From Longimicrobiales bacterium (GTDB lineage: Bacteria; Gemmatimonadota; Gemmatimonadetes; Longimicrobiales; Gaopeijiaceae): 64,000 nucleotides of DNA. The DNA is taken from NCBI GenBank assembly GCA_041690395.1, contig JAWLHJ010000004.1, forward strand, positions 497,365 through 561,364, written 5' to 3'. Shown here in pieces: positions 59,905 to 64,000 of the stretch. The notes under the pieces were generated by a model. The model saw only the letters and a list, made by a program, of their open reading frames with translations. It searched no databases and had not been told where the DNA came from. Made by a program: the position numbers and the translations under genes. How positions within the stretch are numbered: position 1 is the first letter of the stretch; every line of letters starts with the position of its first letter.

Positions 59905-61175
59905 GAGCGGTCCCCGTCCCGGCCCCAGCTCAGGAGGTCGTCGAAGTACCGGCCGATGCTGGGACCCGCTTCGGATGCTTCACCCGACTCCGAGCCCTCG
60001 TCCGAGTCGGCGGCTTCACCGGCCCAGGCGAACGGTGTGTCGATGTCCGGCTGGCTCTCCCGATGCTCCGCCAGGTCCCGCGCCAGCGCTTCGAGCTCCT
60101 CGTCCCGCTCCCGGGCACGGGCCTCCCTCGCGGCGGAGTCGGCGACCGGATCCGGGGGCGAAGGCGCCTCTTCGGAGGCCGAGGCACCTCCGCTCGTGTC
60201 GTCCTCCGGCTCGTAGGCTCCGTCCATCCGTGCCTCCAGCTCCTGGAGTCGTGCCGCGAGGTCCTCGTCGTCGGGGCGCTCGGACCGAAGCTGGCGGAAC
60301 ACCTCGACCGCCCGGTCGAGGAAGCCCTGCTTGGCGTAGAGCTCACCCAGCGTGCGGGTATAGATCCGTGGCGCCCCGCTCGCCGACGGCGTCGCCTGCG
60401 ACTCCTCGGGCGGAGTGGGGGCCGCCTCCTCGGGCGGCGGGTCGGCGAAGTCGGGCGCGAGGGCCGTGACGTCCAGCACCGGCTCGTCGGCCTCGAGCTC
60501 GGGCGCGAGGGCCGCCACGTCCAGCACCGGCTCGTCGGCTTCGGGCTCGGGCGCGAGGGCCGCCACGTCCAGCACCGGCTCCTCGGCTTCGGGCTCGGGC
60601 GCGAGGTCCGCCACGTCCAGCACCGGCTCCTCGGCTTCGGGCTCGGGCGCGAGGTCCGCCACGTCCAGCACGGGCTCGTCGGCTTCGGGCTCGGGCGCGA
60701 GGTCCGCCACGTCCAGCACGGGCTCGTCGGCTTCAGGCTCGGGCGCGAGGTCCGCTGCGTCCAGCACCGGCTCGGGCCGGGTCACGGACTCCTCTTCGAG
60801 GACCTCCGGCTCGAGCGCGGCCAGCGTCTCGAACGCGTCCAGCGCCTCGGTCGCCCGGCCGGCCCCGTCGAGCGCCTTCACGAGCGCGGCCAGCGCGCTC
60901 ACGTTCTCGGGATCCAGATCGAGGGCACGACGAGCGGCCAGCTCGCCCTCCTCGAAGAGACCTTGCTCGACGTAGAGGCGCGCGGCGACGACGTGCCCCG
61001 GCGCGAAGTCCGGGACCCGGCTCAGGCCGTCGGTGAGGAGTCCGAACGCCTTGCGAGGCTCCTTCGCCCGCCGGTAGGCGTCCGCGAGGGGCGCGAAGGC
61101 ATGGCCGCCGGGATCCCTCTCGGACCCCAGGATGGCATGGAGTGTCCGGATCTCTACTTCGAGGGTCTCGAGCAC
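59901..61175 (-). CDS. TPR protein with an acidic tandem-repeat linker
   Basis: N-terminal TPRs ([17 protein letters not shown]), C-terminal [22 protein letters not shown] before the GTG at 61175. Confidence 0.82.
   Translation of the reverse strand: MLETLEVEIRTLHAILGSERDPGGHAFAPLADAYRRAKEPRKAFGLLTDGLSRVPDFAPGHVVAARLYVEQGLFEEGELAARRALDLDPENVSALAALVKALDGAGRATEALDAFETLAALEPEVLEEESVTRPEPVLDAADLAPEPEADEPVLDVADLAPEPEADEPVLDVADLAPEPEAEEPVLDVADLAPEPEAEEPVLDVAALAPEPEADEPVLDVAALAPELEADEPVLDVTALAPDFADPPPEEAAPTPPEESQATPSASGAPRIYTRTLGELYAKQGFLDRAVEVFRQLRSERPDDEDLAARLQELEARMDGAYEPEDDTSGGASASEEAPSPPDPVADSAAREARARERDEELEALARDLAEHRESQPDIDTPFAWAGEAADSDEGSESGEASEAGPSIGRYFDDLLSWGRDGDRS
60450..60773 (-). repeat. 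48-bp coding tandem repeat, 6.75 copies ([17 protein letters not shown])
   Basis: Visible directly in both DNA and translation. Confidence 0.95.
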
Positions 61176-61272
61176 GACAACTCCGGATTGGGCGAGGCGC
61201 GGAAGAAGAAGACGGGCACGCCGGGCGCGGAGGGCGTCGGGGTGGTCCGGGCGACCCCCCACATGCGCCCGC

Positions 61273-61302
61273 AAGATACGGAGGTGCGGGAAAAAGTGTC
61301 AA
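61273..61302 (-). promoter_or_regulatory. Putative sigma70 promoter for TPR-aroQ-efp-accBC
   Basis: Minus strand TTGACA-N18-TATCTT. Confidence 0.6.
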
Positions 61303-61341
61303 CGCGAAGGGAACACCGCTCCCTTCCCGCCCGTAGTTCCG

Positions 61342-61370
61342 TTGAGACCAACCCGAGGACCGGTTATCCT
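61342..61370 (+). promoter_or_regulatory. Putative sigma70 promoter for the PPIase gene (divergent)
   Basis: TTGAGA-N17-TATCCT. Confidence 0.5.
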
Positions 61371-61430
61371 TCCGGTTCTATTCTGCAGCACCTCTTTTCA
61401 CCCGGTCAGGGTCGTAGGAGACGCCGTCTC

Positions 61431-63266
61431 ATGATGCGTCAAATGAGGGAAGCGACGAAGCCGATCATGCTGGTCACGGCCTTGGCGTTCGTCGCGCTCA
61501 TGGTTTTCGAGTGGGGCATGGACGCCAGCGGCATGAGCTCCGGCTCCGTCGGGGAGATCGGCCGCGTCAACGGCGATCCGGTCAACTACGACGACTACAT
61601 GGCGGCGTACCGCCGACTCTACGACCAGGTGCAGAACTCCCAGGAGGGCATGATCACCTCCCAGCAGAATCGGGAGCTCGAAGATGCCGCCTTCGATGAG
61701 GTCGTCACCCAGATCCTGATCCAACAGGAGCTGCGCGAGCGCGGTATCCGGGTGACCGACCGGGAGATCAGCGAGGCCGCCCAGTTCAGCCCGCCGGACT
61801 ACCTCCGCCCGCAGTTCATGAACGATCAGGGCCAGTTCGACCTGCAGGGCTACCAGTCCTTCCTGGCCTCGCTGCCGCCGGAGCAGCTCCTCATCCTCGA
61901 GGCGTTCTACCGCGACGTGATCCCGCGCGGCAAGCTCCTGCGGCAGGTCACATCGGGCATCTACGTGAGCGACGCCGAGCTCTGGCAGCGGTACCAGGAC
62001 CAGAACGAGCAGGTCGAGATCCGGTTCGTCCCGTTCGACCCTGCCGGCCGGTATCCGGACTCCGAGTTCACGGTGCCGGAGAGCGAGATCGAGGCGTATT
62101 ACAGGGACAATGAAGAGGAGTTCGAGGTGCCCGCGCGCGCCAGCGTACGAGCGGCGGTGCTCCCGAAGACGCCGACCGCGGCCGACAGCGCGGCCGCTCT
62201 CGAGCGGGCGCAGCAGGTCCGAGCGGAGATCGTCGGCGGTGAGGACTTCGCCACGGTCGCGGAGCGCGAGTCCGCCGATGAGGGTTCCGCCGCCCAGGGC
62301 GGAGATCTCGGTGTCTTCCAGCAGGGTCAGATGACCCCGGCCTTCGACCAGGCGGTTTTCTCGGCGCCGGTGGGCCAGGTCACGGAGCCCGTCGAGACGC
62401 CGTTCGGATACCACCTGATCGAGGTGATGGAGCGGTGGGCCCAGGACAGCGCCCAGGCCCGCCACGTGCTCGTCCCCATCGAGCGCACCGACGACAGCGA
62501 GATCGAGCTTCTGGTGCTGGCGGACTCGCTCGAGGACATGACCGAGTCCAACACCCTGGAAGAGGCCGCCGCCGCGGTCGGGGCCACCGTATCCACGCTG
62601 GACATCAGCGAGGACTTCCCCTTCATCACGGGCGCGGGGCAGGCCTCGGAAGGCGCGGACTGGGCGTTCGAGGAAGCGGCGCCGGGCGAGGTGTCGCCGG
62701 TGTTCGAGACCGCGCAGGCGTTCTACGCGCTCGAGCTCATCGAGTCCGAGCCGGCAGGGGTGCTGCCGCTCTCCGACGTGCGGGCCTCGATCGAGTCGAG
62801 GCTCCGGCTGGAGATGAAGATCGAGCGTGCCCGCTCGGAGGCAGAGGAGATCCTCGCCCGCGTGCGCGGCGGCGAGGCTCTGGCCAACGTCGCGGCGGAC
62901 GCGGGGCTCGAGGTGCGCAGCGCCGGGCCGTTCTCGCGCGTGGACTTCGTTCCGGGGATCGGTCGTCAGAACGCGGCCATCGGCGCGGCATTCGGCACGC
63001 CGGTCGGCGAGGTCAGCGACGTGGTGACCACGGCCGCCAACGCCTTCCTCGTCGAGGTGGTCGGTCGGACGCCGGCCGATTCCACGGCCTGGACCACGCA
63101 GCTCGGCGAGCAGCGCGCCCGCGTCATCCAGTCGCTCGAACAGCAGCGGCTGGACGAGTGGATCACGGCGCTCCGGGAGTCGGCCAGCATCATCGACCGT
63201 CGGTCGGAGGTGCTGCGAGAGCCCGGCGACGAGGAGGTTCCGCTCCAGATGCCGATGGGCTTCTGA
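61431..63266 (+). CDS. PpiD/SurA-like parvulin peptidylprolyl isomerase
   Basis: N-terminal anchor, SurA_N-like region, GGDLG.F, PVETPFGYHLI; AGGAG RBS. Confidence 0.9.
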   Translation: MMRQMREATKPIMLVTALAFVALMVFEWGMDASGMSSGSVGEIGRVNGDPVNYDDYMAAYRRLYDQVQNSQEGMITSQQNRELEDAAFDEVVTQILIQQELRERGIRVTDREISEAAQFSPPDYLRPQFMNDQGQFDLQGYQSFLASLPPEQLLILEAFYRDVIPRGKLLRQVTSGIYVSDAELWQRYQDQNEQVEIRFVPFDPAGRYPDSEFTVPESEIEAYYRDNEEEFEVPARASVRAAVLPKTPTAADSAAALERAQQVRAEIVGGEDFATVAERESADEGSAAQGGDLGVFQQGQMTPAFDQAVFSAPVGQVTEPVETPFGYHLIEVMERWAQDSAQARHVLVPIERTDDSEIELLVLADSLEDMTESNTLEEAAAAVGATVSTLDISEDFPFITGAGQASEGADWAFEEAAPGEVSPVFETAQAFYALELIESEPAGVLPLSDVRASIESRLRLEMKIERARSEAEEILARVRGGEALANVAADAGLEVRSAGPFSRVDFVPGIGRQNAAIGAAFGTPVGEVSDVVTTAANAFLVEVVGRTPADSTAWTTQLGEQRARVIQSLEQQRLDEWITALRESASIIDRRSEVLREPGDEEVPLQMPMGF

Positions 63267-63300
63267 TCGGGCGGCCCGCCTGGGCCGTCACCCGAGGGAA

Positions 63301-63344
63301 AAGAAAGCGGCCGCCGGGGAATCCCCCGGCGGCCGCTTCTTCTT
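63301..63344. terminator. Bidirectional intrinsic terminator between the PPIase gene and tatA
   Basis: AAGAAAGCGGCCGCCGGGG...CCCCGGCGGCCGCTTCTTCTT, a long GC stem between convergent genes. Confidence 0.85.
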
Positions 63345-63359
63345 GTCCTGCCGTCCCGG

Positions 63360-63656
63360 TCAGGTCGTCGGGGGCGACTCGCTCAAACTCCGCGGGCCGC
63401 CGTCGTCGTCGTCCTCGACGGGCGTGGTGACCTTCTCCTGATCGGCGGCCGCCTGCTGCTGTGTGGGGCGCTTGATCTGCTGGCGCTGGTCGGGAACCTT
63501 CAGCTCCTTCTCGATGTCGCTCACCGAGCTCTTGAACTCCCGGATCCCCTTACCGAGGGACGAGCCGATCTCGGGTAGGCGCTTGGCGCCGAACAGGAGG
63601 AGCACGATCAGGAAGATGAAGATCATCTCCCCCATTCCGAATCCACCTAAACCCAT
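63360..63656 (-). CDS. tatA: Twin-arginine translocase TatA/E
   Basis: E..IFLIVLLLFGAKRLPEIGSSLGKGIREFK. Confidence 0.95.
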   Translation of the reverse strand: MGLGGFGMGEMIFIFLIVLLLFGAKRLPEIGSSLGKGIREFKSSVSDIEKELKVPDQRQQIKRPTQQQAAADQEKVTTPVEDDDDGGPRSLSESPPTT

Positions 63657-63724
63657 TTCAAACCTCCGTGGGGGGTCAACGACCCCTCGTTGTGGGCGCG
63701 GGCTCCAACGTCACCGAAAACGGC

Positions 63725-64000
63725 TCAGATGAGCGAGCGCGCTACCAGAGCGACGATGGCGATACCCACCAGCGTCAAGAAATTCAGTGTCAGAACCAGT
63801 GGCCCGAGCTCGAACGCCACAGCGACCAGATCGACCGCGAGCGGCCCCACCGAAGCGTTCACCGACGTCAGCACGAAATCCCGCGCGACGCTGTCCGGGA
63901 GCATCTCGGCGAACCGGGAGAGCAAGCCTCCGAGGAAGAAGCCGAGCACCATCGTCCAGGCGACGCGGACGGCCGTGCGCCGTCGACTATCAACCAACAT
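63725..64000 (-). CDS. Small membrane protein, DUF4321-like (start at or beyond the window edge)
   Basis: Two hydrophobic segments, G.FLGG, LN.LTL.G; ATG lies at the very edge. Confidence 0.55.
   Translation of the reverse strand: MLVDSRRRTAVRVAWTMVLGFFLGGLLSRFAEMLPDSVARDFVLTSVNASVGPLAVDLVAVAFELGPLVLTLNFLTLVGIAIVALVARSLI

Noticed and set aside
60450..60773. 48-bp repeat array as a possible CRISPR
   Set aside because: No unique spacers, in-frame within a CDS, and no cas genes
60063..61430. Long N-terminal extension of the PPIase ORF (1067 aa in the ORF track)
   Set aside because: Antisense to the TPR gene; the credible start is the ATG at 61431 with an AGGAG RBS and an upstream promoter

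Overview
High-GC (roughly 70% by eye) bacterial chromosomal window with about 65 tightly packed genes, nearly all on the minus strand. It is core housekeeping sequence: eno, glyA, a branched-chain amino acid/acyl-CoA catabolic cluster, rex, rsmA, an RsbV/RsbW/RsbU-type partner-switching trio, pta-coaD-rsmD-recJ, dnaG-mutS2, hrcA-dnaJ-prmA, hemW-dprA-obgE, prfA-prmC, rpmE, lnt, rimO, lolA-ftsK, accBC, efp, aroQ, a PpiD/SurA-like PPIase and tatA. Gene content (lolA, lnt, PadR+ADOP permease, Minf_1886-like protein) points to a diderm bacterium, probably Gemmatimonadota; that assignment is an inference. I saw no integrase, transposase, phage gene, CRISPR array, rRNA or tRNA, and no clear-cut new multi-gene defence or mobile system. 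The most notable unexplained signals are: (1) a ~190-nt palindrome-rich, extensively self-complementary non-coding element between lnt and the rpmE promoter, a candidate ncRNA or twin operator; (2) a perfect Rex operator over the promoter of a rex-DEDDh exonuclease-MBL hydrolase operon, whose exonuclease has a winged-helix-like N-terminus and a beta-clamp-like C-terminal motif; (3) a partner-switching module with no sigma factor; (4) a TPR protein with a 48-bp tandem-repeat acidic linker; (5) several small uncharacterised proteins. Many start codons were adjusted by hand from the ORF track and are approximate.
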